Shown piece by piece: positions 1 through 8,492 of a DNA stretch of 32,000 bases. The position numbers and the translations under genes are program-made. Below the pieces are notes generated by a model. That model saw only the letters and a list, made by a program, of their open reading frames with translations. It did not search any database and had not been told where the DNA came from. Origin of the DNA: Candidatus Harpocratesius repetitus (GTDB lineage: Archaea > Asgardarchaeota > Lokiarchaeia > Sigyniarchaeales > Promethearchaeaceae); contig JAIZWK010000001.1 of the NCBI GenBank assembly GCA_021498095.1, forward strand, positions 1,860,001-1,892,000. The letters are read 5' to 3'. Numbering within the stretch: position 1 is the first letter of the stretch; each line of letters starts with the position of its first letter.

Positions 1-92
1 TTCATACTTTTTTTATATTCTCTTATTAATTTTTAATTATCATTTTGAACCCACAACCTTTTCTATTCCCCTATCTTGCACTACACATTATC

Positions 93-503
93 ATGGGAAA
101 TTCAAACGATTTTGATGAATTATGGGAAGACATCCCCGGTTATGCATTTATTGCCTTAGGAAGGCGTGGACGGGAGCAGATCTCGCTATATCAATGTTTT
201 ACTCCAGGATGCAATGAAAAAAAGCTTGATATGTTGCATATTGTTGATGTTGAAGAGAAAAACATTCAAACAAATTCTGATGGAAGTAAAGTATCTTCTA
301 TTGCTTACAAAATTAAATGTGATACTTGTGGTTCTATTTTTAGGCTTGTATTTGAACAGTATCTTTCCCCTAATCCGGATAAGATAGATGAAAGTATTGA
401 AGCGGAAGAAGATAACTCGTTAGTTTTATTCGAAAATGTTTATGCAACTGATGAATCAGGACAACATAATTATGGCCGGATTGGATTTGTACAATCAAAA
501 TAA
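93..503 (+). CDS. Hypothetical protein with putative Zn-binding cysteines (CFTPGC ... CDTC)
   Basis: ORF track starts at TTG 45; ATG at 93 (MGNSNDF) is the more likely start. Two Cys pairs are separated by a beta-rich segment. No family recognised. Confidence 0.7.
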   Translation: MGNSNDFDELWEDIPGYAFIALGRRGREQISLYQCFTPGCNEKKLDMLHIVDVEEKNIQTNSDGSKVSSIAYKIKCDTCGSIFRLVFEQYLSPNPDKIDESIEAEEDNSLVLFENVYATDESGQHNYGRIGFVQSK

Positions 504-540
504 ATTTCAATTTTAATTTTTTGCAGTTTATTCATTAAAT

Positions 541-1272
541 GTGAGAACTATGCGCCCAATAATTCATTGTATTTTGTTTGATATGGATAATACTTTAATT
601 GAAATTCCCGATACTCATTCGTATTTTGATGGCTTGATTCAAGAGGTAATTGCAAAAGATTTTCATCTTCCTATGCCTTCTGTTGAATCCAGGGATCAAC
701 TTTGGCGAACGGGAGATGATTTCATTCAAGTTTTAAAATCATGGGGTATCGAAAGTTATAAACAATTTTGGCACTTTTTTGATAAACGGGATGTGATTGG
801 GCGCAAAAAATTGATGCAAGATGGGAAAATGCAATTATATCCTGATGTTCTTCACTTTCTCGAAAAAATGAAGAAAAAAAGCGTTTCTATGGCAATTGTA
901 ACAAATACTCCTAAATTTATTGCTGAACCAGAATTGCAAGAATTTAATATTATTCGTTTTTTCGATTATATTGCAGGTTTAGGAGATATTCAAGAATTAT
1001 GCAAACCAAATCCAGAAGGAATTCTTCAAGTTCTTAATCATTTGGGTTATCGTGCATCTGAAACAATATTTATTGGAGATTCAGTAGTTGATGCCTTAGC
1101 AGCTGCTCGTGCACGAATACATCCGATCTTAATTAGACGAAAAAAAAAAATACCTAAATTTCCAAAAGAATTGGATGAAAAATCTGTTTTATTCTTGGAT
1201 AATCTAACTGATATTCACGATTATTTTCAAATTATAGGAAAACAAGAAATTATTAATGAGCAATCAAATTAG
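541..1272 (+). CDS. HAD-superfamily hydrolase (subfamily IA, phosphoglycolate phosphatase-like)
   Basis: Motif I FDMDNTL, motif II VTNT, motif III KPNP, motif IV FIGDSVVD. The start may be ATG 550. Confidence 0.9.
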   Translation: MRTMRPIIHCILFDMDNTLIEIPDTHSYFDGLIQEVIAKDFHLPMPSVESRDQLWRTGDDFIQVLKSWGIESYKQFWHFFDKRDVIGRKKLMQDGKMQLYPDVLHFLEKMKKKSVSMAIVTNTPKFIAEPELQEFNIIRFFDYIAGLGDIQELCKPNPEGILQVLNHLGYRASETIFIGDSVVDALAAARARIHPILIRRKKKIPKFPKELDEKSVLFLDNLTDIHDYFQIIGKQEIINEQSN

Positions 1273-1275
1273 TAG

Positions 1276-2916
1276 ATGATTAAAATGGAAATTGAATTAA
1301 ATACACATATCGAAAAAGTCTTTGTATATCAACAAGGTGCACGAATTGTACGTGTGGGTAAATGTAATCTTTCAAAAGGTTCACATAAAATCTTGTTAAA
1401 GAAGATGACGAAATTTTTAGATAAAAATTCTGTTCGTATTAAAGGGACAGGAAATGGAAAGATTCTAAATATTGGAATCGAAAAACACACTTCACCTATT
1501 TCTAAAAATGAGGAAATTGCTAATATTAGGCAGAAAATTAAAGAAGTCAAGAAAAAACACCATGAAATAGAATTTCTACTGGAATTTATGGATGAATCTA
1601 CTGAAAATTTGCGAAATTTTGGAAAGGAGTTCTATTCAAGAGCCCCTATTTATCTAATTCGTGATAAGATGGATTTTAATAAAATTTCAGATACAGATAA
1701 TTTCATAACGAAAGAGATTCAACAAAAAATTAAAGAAAAACAAAATGCTGAAGAAAAGAAACGCGAATTAACTGAAGAATTGAACAGATTGCAGCGAGAA
1801 CTTCAATTGCTCTCACGAACATCATCATTTGAAGAATATTGGGAAATAATTATTAGTCTCGACGTTGTAAAAGATGGTGAATTTATATTTGAAATCCAAT
1901 TCCAAGTGAACAAAGCTTCATGGATTCCATTTTATGATATTAACTTATTAGAAAACCAAGCAGAAATAAAGTTGATGGCCAATGTCTTTAATTATATGGA
2001 AGAAAGTTGGGAGAATGTTCATTTAGAAATTTCTAGCGCAAATTTACGCCCTGTTAAAATTATTGAACCACATCCATATATTATTAGGGAACTTAAACCA
2101 GAACCTATAGTTAAACCGCGCCCTGCAAGAAGTGGGTTGAAATACATGAAAAAAAGAGCTATGGCTCCATTACCTGAAGCTGCTCCTGAAGAAGAAGCAC
2201 TAGGTGCAGGTACTGATCGGTTTGCTTTAGATATGATTAAGGAAAAACCCGCTCCTAAATTGGAAGAAGTTCATGCTGAAATATCTGAAAATTTAGGTGT
2301 TCAATCCTATTTAATTCCTGAGAAAGTATCAATTAGATCAGACAAACAACCTCATCCAATTATTTTGAGTGTTTTTTCATTAAATACAAAAAAAGGATAT
2401 TTCTGGAGTAGCGCAGCTCCAGATTTGCTTGTAATTAAAGATACAATATCAAATGGAGAACAATTGATATTACCAGGAAAAGCCAAAGTATATGAACAAA
2501 ATGAATTTATTAGTGAGATCTCCTTACCCTTAATTGCACCCTTTGAAACGATTGATATTGGTACTCGAAAAAGCCATGATTTAAGAATTGATAAAAAATT
2601 AGTAAATCGTCAATCAGCTAAAGAAGGAATTTTAAAAGGAAAAGTGGCAAAATTCTACGAATACGAAATTAAAATTAAAATATTTCGACACAGATCCAAT
2701 ATTTTGAAAATTATGGATCGAATTCCCCATTCTGATTCTGAGAAAATAAAGATCGGAAAGATAAATTTTTCAGAACCTCCAAAAAAGCAAGAATTAGGTG
2801 TAATTACTTGGGAAATCGACATGGAAAAATTGAAAAATCAAGAAGAAAAAATAATAAAATATTCGTTTGAAGTTACATGGGAAAAAGATATTAAAATTAC
2901 GCCCCCACTTCCATAA
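1276..2916 (+). CDS. DUF4140/DUF4139 (MuiA/TIGR02231-like) protein
   Basis: N-terminal V-F/Y-x-x-G-A-x-I-x-R strand, central coiled coil, ASWIPFYDI motif, 'LEISSANL', IxSD..PH segment and C-terminal K/Y-E-Y-E-I ... G-V-I-T-W ... Y-S-F-E-V pattern. Confidence 0.85.
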   Translation: MIKMEIELNTHIEKVFVYQQGARIVRVGKCNLSKGSHKILLKKMTKFLDKNSVRIKGTGNGKILNIGIEKHTSPISKNEEIANIRQKIKEVKKKHHEIEFLLEFMDESTENLRNFGKEFYSRAPIYLIRDKMDFNKISDTDNFITKEIQQKIKEKQNAEEKKRELTEELNRLQRELQLLSRTSSFEEYWEIIISLDVVKDGEFIFEIQFQVNKASWIPFYDINLLENQAEIKLMANVFNYMEESWENVHLEISSANLRPVKIIEPHPYIIRELKPEPIVKPRPARSGLKYMKKRAMAPLPEAAPEEEALGAGTDRFALDMIKEKPAPKLEEVHAEISENLGVQSYLIPEKVSIRSDKQPHPIILSVFSLNTKKGYFWSSAAPDLLVIKDTISNGEQLILPGKAKVYEQNEFISEISLPLIAPFETIDIGTRKSHDLRIDKKLVNRQSAKEGILKGKVAKFYEYEIKIKIFRHRSNILKIMDRIPHSDSEKIKIGKINFSEPPKKQELGVITWEIDMEKLKNQEEKIIKYSFEVTWEKDIKITPPLP

Positions 2917-3012
2917 TAAAATAGATTCAAACTATCATTTTTGAGTTTCAATATTCTTTCGATTTTTTGATTTTCTTTCTTCTAAAATTAAAATTTTCTT
3001 TTTTTGATGAAT

Positions 3013-4764
3013 CTAATGAATCTCAAGCTTAATTATTGGAATGGTTATTCTTTCTGAAGAATCTCCGAAAGGATCGTCAAACTGCCCTAAAAGTTGAATG
3101 CAATATTTTTTTTGGGAAGATTCTCTATTAATTTTTATAAGGAACTGAATTTTCATATCAAAAACGTTTGAATGCGGAATATCTTCGAATATTACACTAA
3201 TCCCTTTTGTGGGCTGAACTTTAATCTCATATTCTGCATGATATAATATGAGATCTGTCTGATTTTCTAAAGTTATTGTTATTTTTTTTGACTCATTTTT
3301 ATTTATAATAATTTCTGAATTTTTGGGTGAAATTCGGATAATTCCGATATTAGGAAATATTTTAAGAATTTTTTCCTTGAAGATTCTCAGTAACTGTGAT
3401 TTCTTTGGGTGAAACTCATATTCTGGCACGATTGAATTGTAAAGTTCATATAATTTTTGTTTTTTCCATAATTTAATGATTTTTTTAAATTTCATCTTTT
3501 CATCTTCATGTACTGGTGGAAAAAGAATATTTTCTGATGATTTTTGAATATTTAAATTAAAGTCGGAGTTAATTTTCAGCCCAAAATAAAGTATCCATAA
3601 AGAAAAAGAAGAGAGATTTGTTCCCAATTTTAATTCATATTGCTTGATTAATTTTGAATGGGAATAGCAAAATTCAACAAAACTGATTAAAAATATTTCA
3701 TTCTCTTTACAAATTGATAATTTATTCTTCTTTTGTTGATTAATCAAATTCGAAGAACTACTCATTACATAAAGCAATAACGCTTCATTTAAACAAAAGT
3801 CGCGATAAACTTCTATTTTTTGAATGTAGGAAATTATATTATATATTAAGTCTGCCAATTCACTTAATTTGTTTAAATGAATAGTTTCATTTTGAAGAGA
3901 AGGTTCGATCCATTTTTTTATCCATTCCTGCGTTTTTTTATGAATTTTTCTTGAAAATGCAAAATTTCTTAATAGAGAAGTATATTCTTTAGCGCTTTGA
4001 GTACTTCCTCTGGAAAGTGCCCAAATTGTTGCTAAAAGCACATCTGTTGTTTTATTTTCATCTAAATCCCAAAATATCATAAAAATTTCGCGAAGGATTA
4101 TTATTTGAAGTTCTGGTTTGTTTATTAATTCTTTATTAACTGAAATAATGTTCCCTTTGGATTGTACTCCAAATCGAACTGGATGAGATCTATTTTGAAA
4201 AACTCGAACAGAGATTGTAGGAATGTTTTTCAAAGGATTTCCCCATTTCTGTTTATAGAGCTTTATCATTTTCTGGAATTTTTGGTTAATTTCTATAGAA
4301 TCTTTATCAAATTTTGCAGTACTGGAGATTTTTGGTAAATTATATAATGTTATTGCCTTTCCATGCAGCTCTTTTAACATTTTTTCTGTTTTTTCAACTG
4401 TAGTTGCTCCTAATGATTGTCCTGCTGCACTGAATAAATAAAATCTTAATTCTTCGCCGAAATCCAAATATATTACAAAAGCTGTTATTTGAAATGCTTT
4501 GATCATTATATTTGGCAATATGGTTCCTTTCTTAAATACCGTTTTTGGCTTCAATTTAAGCAATCTTATTTCTCTGGGTTTTTTTTGGATATATTCTTCT
4601 TTTACAAATTCGACCAATTTTTTTTTAACTTTTTGTTCATCTGAATGAAATGTTTGTTTCATTGCTTGCGATGATCTTCTGATATGAGTAGATGAGCGTG
4701 ATCCTTTGATAGTTCGGTTCTTTCTAACTTTACGTGATTCTTTTGGATCTCTTGATGGTGGCAT
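3013..4764 (-). CDS. Large hypothetical protein (basic N-terminus, helical core, beta-rich C-terminus)
   Basis: 583-aa ORF with ATG start; no family recognised. Confidence 0.75.
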   Translation of the reverse strand: MPPSRDPKESRKVRKNRTIKGSRSSTHIRRSSQAMKQTFHSDEQKVKKKLVEFVKEEYIQKKPREIRLLKLKPKTVFKKGTILPNIMIKAFQITAFVIYLDFGEELRFYLFSAAGQSLGATTVEKTEKMLKELHGKAITLYNLPKISSTAKFDKDSIEINQKFQKMIKLYKQKWGNPLKNIPTISVRVFQNRSHPVRFGVQSKGNIISVNKELINKPELQIIILREIFMIFWDLDENKTTDVLLATIWALSRGSTQSAKEYTSLLRNFAFSRKIHKKTQEWIKKWIEPSLQNETIHLNKLSELADLIYNIISYIQKIEVYRDFCLNEALLLYVMSSSSNLINQQKKNKLSICKENEIFLISFVEFCYSHSKLIKQYELKLGTNLSSFSLWILYFGLKINSDFNLNIQKSSENILFPPVHEDEKMKFKKIIKLWKKQKLYELYNSIVPEYEFHPKKSQLLRIFKEKILKIFPNIGIIRISPKNSEIIINKNESKKITITLENQTDLILYHAEYEIKVQPTKGISVIFEDIPHSNVFDMKIQFLIKINRESSQKKYCIQLLGQFDDPFGDSSERITIPIIKLEIH

Positions 4765-4987
4765 GAATCACTTATTTTAAGTAAGCATCTTTAAAGAAAG
4801 CTCTATTTTTCAATAATCTGGTAAAAATTATATAATCCGCTAAAATTTCATTAAATATATTGAATCTTTTTCTATTTCTCTGTTCATTTCCATCTTTTTT
4901 ATCGTATTAAAAAGAAAAATTTTTTAGAAATAGAATACTTCTTTTCATGTTGGAAATTTATTCACACTGATTTTAGGAGACTCTAAC

Positions 4988-5566
4988 TTGTATAAACAAC
5001 TTACCCTTGAGCACGTTGTACGGATTCCTCCGACTAAATTTGGGAAAAATATTGAAGATGCTGCCTTTGAAATCTTATCAGAACAGTTTTCTGGTCAGAT
5101 TTTCGAAGATATCGGTTTTATAATTGTTGTTGTAGATGTCATCGAATTAGGCGATGGTAAATTACTTCATAATGATCCATGTCCATATTTTCCTGTAAAA
5201 TTTAATGTATTGGCATATGTTCCCGAATTACATGAAATTGTTGAAGGTATTGTAATTGAATGTGTAGAATTTGGCGCTTTCATCCGTTTGGGTCCTTCTG
5301 ATGGATTGTGTCATGTCAGCCAAATTACTGATGATTATATTAATTATGATAATATGGGTCAACGTTTTATAGGAAAAGAGACCAATCGAATTCTCACAGT
5401 TGAAGATATGGTGCGTGGTCGAATTATTGCTGTATCCATGGGATCAGGACGCTCTGGAAAATTAGGATTAACGATGAGGCAACCTTATCTTGGAAAAATT
5501 GAATGGATTGCTGATGAGATTGAAAAAAGTGAAAGTTTCCAAGAATCAATAGAAGTTGAAGATTAA
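4988..5566 (+). CDS. rpoE1: DNA-directed RNA polymerase subunit Rpo7 (E')
   Basis: VRIPPTKFG, EIVEGIV...FGAFIRLGPSDGLCHVSQI S1 domain, GKLGLTMRQPYLGKIEW. AGGAG SD precedes the TTG start. Confidence 0.97.
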   Translation: MYKQLTLEHVVRIPPTKFGKNIEDAAFEILSEQFSGQIFEDIGFIIVVVDVIELGDGKLLHNDPCPYFPVKFNVLAYVPELHEIVEGIVIECVEFGAFIRLGPSDGLCHVSQITDDYINYDNMGQRFIGKETNRILTVEDMVRGRIIAVSMGSGRSGKLGLTMRQPYLGKIEWIADEIEKSESFQESIEVED

Positions 5567-5639
5567 TTTTTTTTATGGTTTATGAATTTCATTCTATAAT
5601 CAATACTTATCTAAATATTAATAACTGCGAGATGTAATC

Positions 5640-5828
5640 ATGGTTAAAGAAAGAGCATGTAAAAATTGTCATTTAATCACCACTAAAGAATATTGCCCCA
5701 AATGTAAGACTCACACATTGAGCGAAGATTTTTCAGGGGCTGTTATTATTCTTGATCCCAAGCATTCGCAAATTGCGAAGCGATTGAATTTTGATGTCCC
5801 TGGAAAATATGCATTAAGGGTTCGCTAG
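5640..5828 (+). CDS. spt4: Transcription elongation factor Spt4 (RpoE'')
   Basis: RACKNC...CPKC zinc ribbon, FSGAVIILDP..S.IAKRL..PGKYALRVR; directly follows rpoE1. Confidence 0.97.
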   Translation: MVKERACKNCHLITTKEYCPKCKTHTLSEDFSGAVIILDPKHSQIAKRLNFDVPGKYALRVR

Positions 5829-5896
5829 TTGGATGATTTTAAAAAATTGATCTTTTAAAATTGTTATTATCTAGACTTTTTTTGATTCACTGTAGC

Positions 5897-6229
5897 TTAT
5901 ATCCCTTGAGGTGTTCCTTTCCAATTTGCATTTTCAATTTGTAGAAAACGTTGTTGTTCTTCTTGATTCATAAGTGCCAAGTTAATTTTTATATTCATTC
6001 CGAAGGGCGTTAGCGCATCTTGAATATTTTTTACAAACAAATTTCTCATACTATCAGGTATATTAGGAAAAGGAAGTTTTAAGGTTAAATGAATTTTTCC
6101 TTCTTCAATTCTTACATTTTGAATTATTCCTAACTGTGGTAAGGATGCATTTATTGCTGGATGTTGGATTTTTTCTAAAGCATCGTTAATTTTTGTTAAA
6201 AGTTCTTCATTCATGTTCATGATAATCAT
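5897..6229 (-). CDS. DUF59 / FeS-assembly-P (MIP18/SufT-like) domain protein
   Basis: ALEKIQHPAINASLPQLGIIQNVRIEEGKIHLTLKLPF matches the DUF59 pattern (L..V.DP....IV.LG.I..V). The start could be ATG 6220 or 6214. Confidence 0.8.
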   Translation of the reverse strand: MIIMNMNEELLTKINDALEKIQHPAINASLPQLGIIQNVRIEEGKIHLTLKLPFPNIPDSMRNLFVKNIQDALTPFGMNIKINLALMNQEEQQRFLQIENANWKGTPQGI

Positions 6230-6388
6230 TTTTTTACAATCTATGATCAGTTATAAATTATAGAGTTATTGCATAATTATTCAAATGTTTGTTGTTATAG
6301 TTGATTAATTTAACTTTAGATTTAATCCCTAATAATCAAAAGCGGAAGGTTTATGACAACGATGTTTCTTAAGTAACAAGGTGGTTAA

Positions 6389-6718
6389 ATGGTGGATAAT
6401 GTCACCCGATTTGTATCGCATGAATATCGCAATAAAGAATTTGAACAAATGGTTGAAAAGATTAGTGCAGAGGGGGGGATTAGTGTTGAGCTTTCGCGAA
6501 AATTTGCTAAAGATGCATTGCATTTGTGGGAAGATCGCCATCATCAAGATGTTTTAACTTTATTTACAGCTAAGCCTCAAACACTTCATCATGAAATTTC
6601 TCAAATGTTGGAATATCTTCGTGATAAATTGCGTCCTGTAATTTTATCTAAAAAGCGCATAGAAAAAGCTGTTGAAATTGCTGCGAATTGCTTAGAAAAC
6701 ATGTATCATATTATTTAA
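6389..6718 (+). CDS. Small helical hypothetical protein
   Basis: 109-aa ORF with protein-like composition, divergent from the DUF59 gene. Confidence 0.7.
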   Translation: MVDNVTRFVSHEYRNKEFEQMVEKISAEGGISVELSRKFAKDALHLWEDRHHQDVLTLFTAKPQTLHHEISQMLEYLRDKLRPVILSKKRIEKAVEIAANCLENMYHII

Positions 6719-6802
6719 TCAACACTAATTCTTGATCTATATTTGAAGATCTTTTTCAATACAAATCCTTTTTTTTCTTAATTTTTTTACTCTATTGTAT
6801 CT

Positions 6803-7483
6803 ATGTACTATAAAATTCCTTCAACACTTCGAGAACAATTAGCTCAACCTATTGGTCACCATTTTATTGGTAACCTTGAGCAGACTGATGAACTAATAGA
6901 CAAATGGATCGCTCAACAAATATCAAAACATACTCTTTCGTCCACCTCTATCTCAGTTCCATTATCTAATTCAAATTTTTCTTCAACTCAAAATTTTAAT
7001 AGTTATTCCAAATATCAACAAGATCTGATTAAAAACCGACCTTCTTTCCCTATCATTTCATGTGTTGGAGATGTTGTTAGTAAAACTTTTATTGAAAAAG
7101 AGTATTTACGACCTTATCTTAAATATTGCTTTATTGATGGAGGTACACAACGAGGGAAAAAAATTGATATTACTCACTATCCAAATTTTAAACAACGTAA
7201 ATTTCATAATCCGGCAGGTTGTATAAATGATGAAATCATTGATTTTATCAAGAAAACACGAGATGATCTTCACCAATATATCGTATGGATTGATGGAGAA
7301 GAAGATCTACTGGTTATTCCACTTATTTTAAAAATAAATCATGGTTTGGTTTTTTATGGACAACCTCCGCTTACCGATCTTGATCCTCAAATTCCTGCTG
7401 GATGTGTTGGGATTCGAATAACCCCCCAAATCCAAAATAAAATCGAGATTTTATTCAATCAATTTATTCTCATCTCAGAGTGA
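6803..7483 (+). CDS. DUF359 family, GTP-dependent dephospho-CoA kinase
   Basis: LREQLAQPIG, CVGDVVS, IDGGTQR, NPAGCI, IDGEEDLLVIP, VFYGQP...GCV motifs; canonical position between spt4 and rps24e. Contains a Ser/Asn-rich insertion. Confidence 0.9.
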   Translation: MYYKIPSTLREQLAQPIGHHFIGNLEQTDELIDKWIAQQISKHTLSSTSISVPLSNSNFSSTQNFNSYSKYQQDLIKNRPSFPIISCVGDVVSKTFIEKEYLRPYLKYCFIDGGTQRGKKIDITHYPNFKQRKFHNPAGCINDEIIDFIKKTRDDLHQYIVWIDGEEDLLVIPLILKINHGLVFYGQPPLTDLDPQIPAGCVGIRITPQIQNKIEILFNQFILISE

Positions 7484-7537
7484 GCAAAACACTTTCAGAA
7501 GCGCAAAAATTTTTTTGTAATGATACATTTTTGCAGA

Positions 7538-7598
7538 TGAGCTGAAAACGAAGGTCACTTACGGTATTACCGTGGGCCACCAGATTCAGTTTAGGTGA
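7538..7598 (+). promoter_or_regulatory. Kink-turn hairpin in the rps24e leader, abutting the SD (AGGTGA 7593-7598)
   Basis: C-stem GCUGAA(7541-46)/UUCAGU(7585-90), 3-nt bulge AAC, tandem G50.A84 and A51.G83, A.A, then G-C, G-C, U-A; apical stem ACGGU/ACCGU. Confidence 0.6.
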
Positions 7599-7603
7599 AA
7601 AAT

Positions 7604-7951
7604 TTGGTAGATATAAACGTTTTAAATAAAAAAGCAAATCCTCTTCTCCATCGTACTGAGATTGAGTTTGAGATTGAGCATTTAGGCTCTGGATCTCCAA
7701 ATCGATTGGAAGTTCGGGAGAAGTTGGCAGCAATGATGACTGCAAAAAGCGAATTGACTTTTATTCGCAGCATGAAACCGCGATTTGGCATACCGCAAGT
7801 TCATGGAATGGCACACATTTATGATGATGAAGCCACTGCTGAAAAAATTGAACCTACATACATCAAGATCCGTAATATGGAAAAAGAAAAACGGAATGAT
7901 GCATGGAAAGCTGAAAAAGCCAAAAAGAAGAAAAAGAAAAAGAAAAAATAA
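7604..7951 (+). CDS. rps24e: 30S ribosomal protein eS24 (S24e)
   Basis: NPLLHRTEIEFEIEHLGSGSPNR..VREKLAA...FG...G.AHIYD. TTG 7604 after the AGGTGA SD is preferred to the track's GTG 7595. Poly-Lys C-terminus. Confidence 0.97.
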   Translation: MVDINVLNKKANPLLHRTEIEFEIEHLGSGSPNRLEVREKLAAMMTAKSELTFIRSMKPRFGIPQVHGMAHIYDDEATAEKIEPTYIKIRNMEKEKRNDAWKAEKAKKKKKKKKK

Positions 7952-7968
7952 TCAGGTGAAAAATTAAA

Positions 7969-8421
7969 ATGAGCATAAATAAAGTAGAAGGCTTACAAAA
8001 AATTTACACAACTGGTTCAATGACAACATATCGTGTACAGAAAGCAGCCAAAATTGCGGATTTATTAAAAGATTTGCATTTAGAAAGTAAATATTTTGTT
8101 ATTTTAGTTGAGGGTAAAAAAGCATCCCCAAATTCATTCATTGACAAAAATGCAGAAATAACCATTCTTCCTAAAATTGCTGGAGGTGGACGAGGTCGTC
8201 GAAATGTTAAAACAAAAGAAAAACGACAAAAACCACCACGCAATAAAAATAAAGGTCCGATGTGGTCTGTTGAGAATGGAAAAGTTGTTCGTAATCGTAA
8301 AAGTTGTCCTAAATGCGGACCTGGGGTCTTTATGGCTGATCATTATGACCGTCAAAGTTGTGGAAAATGCGGATATACACAATTTAAACGGATAAATCGT
8401 AAAATTCCCTCTAAAAAATAA
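7969..8421 (+). CDS. rps27ae: Ubiquitin-like (SAMP/MoaD/ThiS beta-grasp) domain fused to 30S ribosomal protein eS31 (S27ae)
   Basis: aa1-73 end [21 protein letters not shown]....[16 protein letters not shown] (Ubl, codons to 8187). aa74-150 contain a basic extension and [25 protein letters not shown] (S27ae zinc finger). AGGTGA SD at 7954-7959. Confidence 0.93.
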   Translation: MSINKVEGLQKIYTTGSMTTYRVQKAAKIADLLKDLHLESKYFVILVEGKKASPNSFIDKNAEITILPKIAGGGRGRRNVKTKEKRQKPPRNKNKGPMWSVENGKVVRNRKSCPKCGPGVFMADHYDRQSCGKCGYTQFKRINRKIPSKK

Positions 8422-8492
8422 ATAAATCAATTATTTTTCGAAATTTTTTTTTATGATTTTAGTTGTTTTTTTATACTTTTTCGTGATTTCAG

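Noticed and set aside
7481-7593. K-turn hairpin as a SECIS recoding the DUF359 TGA stop
   Set aside because: It lacks the AUGA-type core at the bulge, DUF359 is already complete at that stop, and read-through gives only a short non-conserved tail. A leader role for rps24e fits better.
7915-7948. A-rich (AAAAAG)n runs here, at ~24945-24966 and ~21325-21375 as DNA repeats or slippery sites
   Set aside because: Explained by poly-lysine C-terminal tails.
8004-8430. Overlapping ORFs 8004-8243(-), 8134-8430(-), 8177-8395(+)
   Set aside because: Shadow frames of the Ubl-S27ae gene with no recognisable motifs. The ATG at 8204 behind the GGAGGT at the GG junction is out of frame with S27ae.
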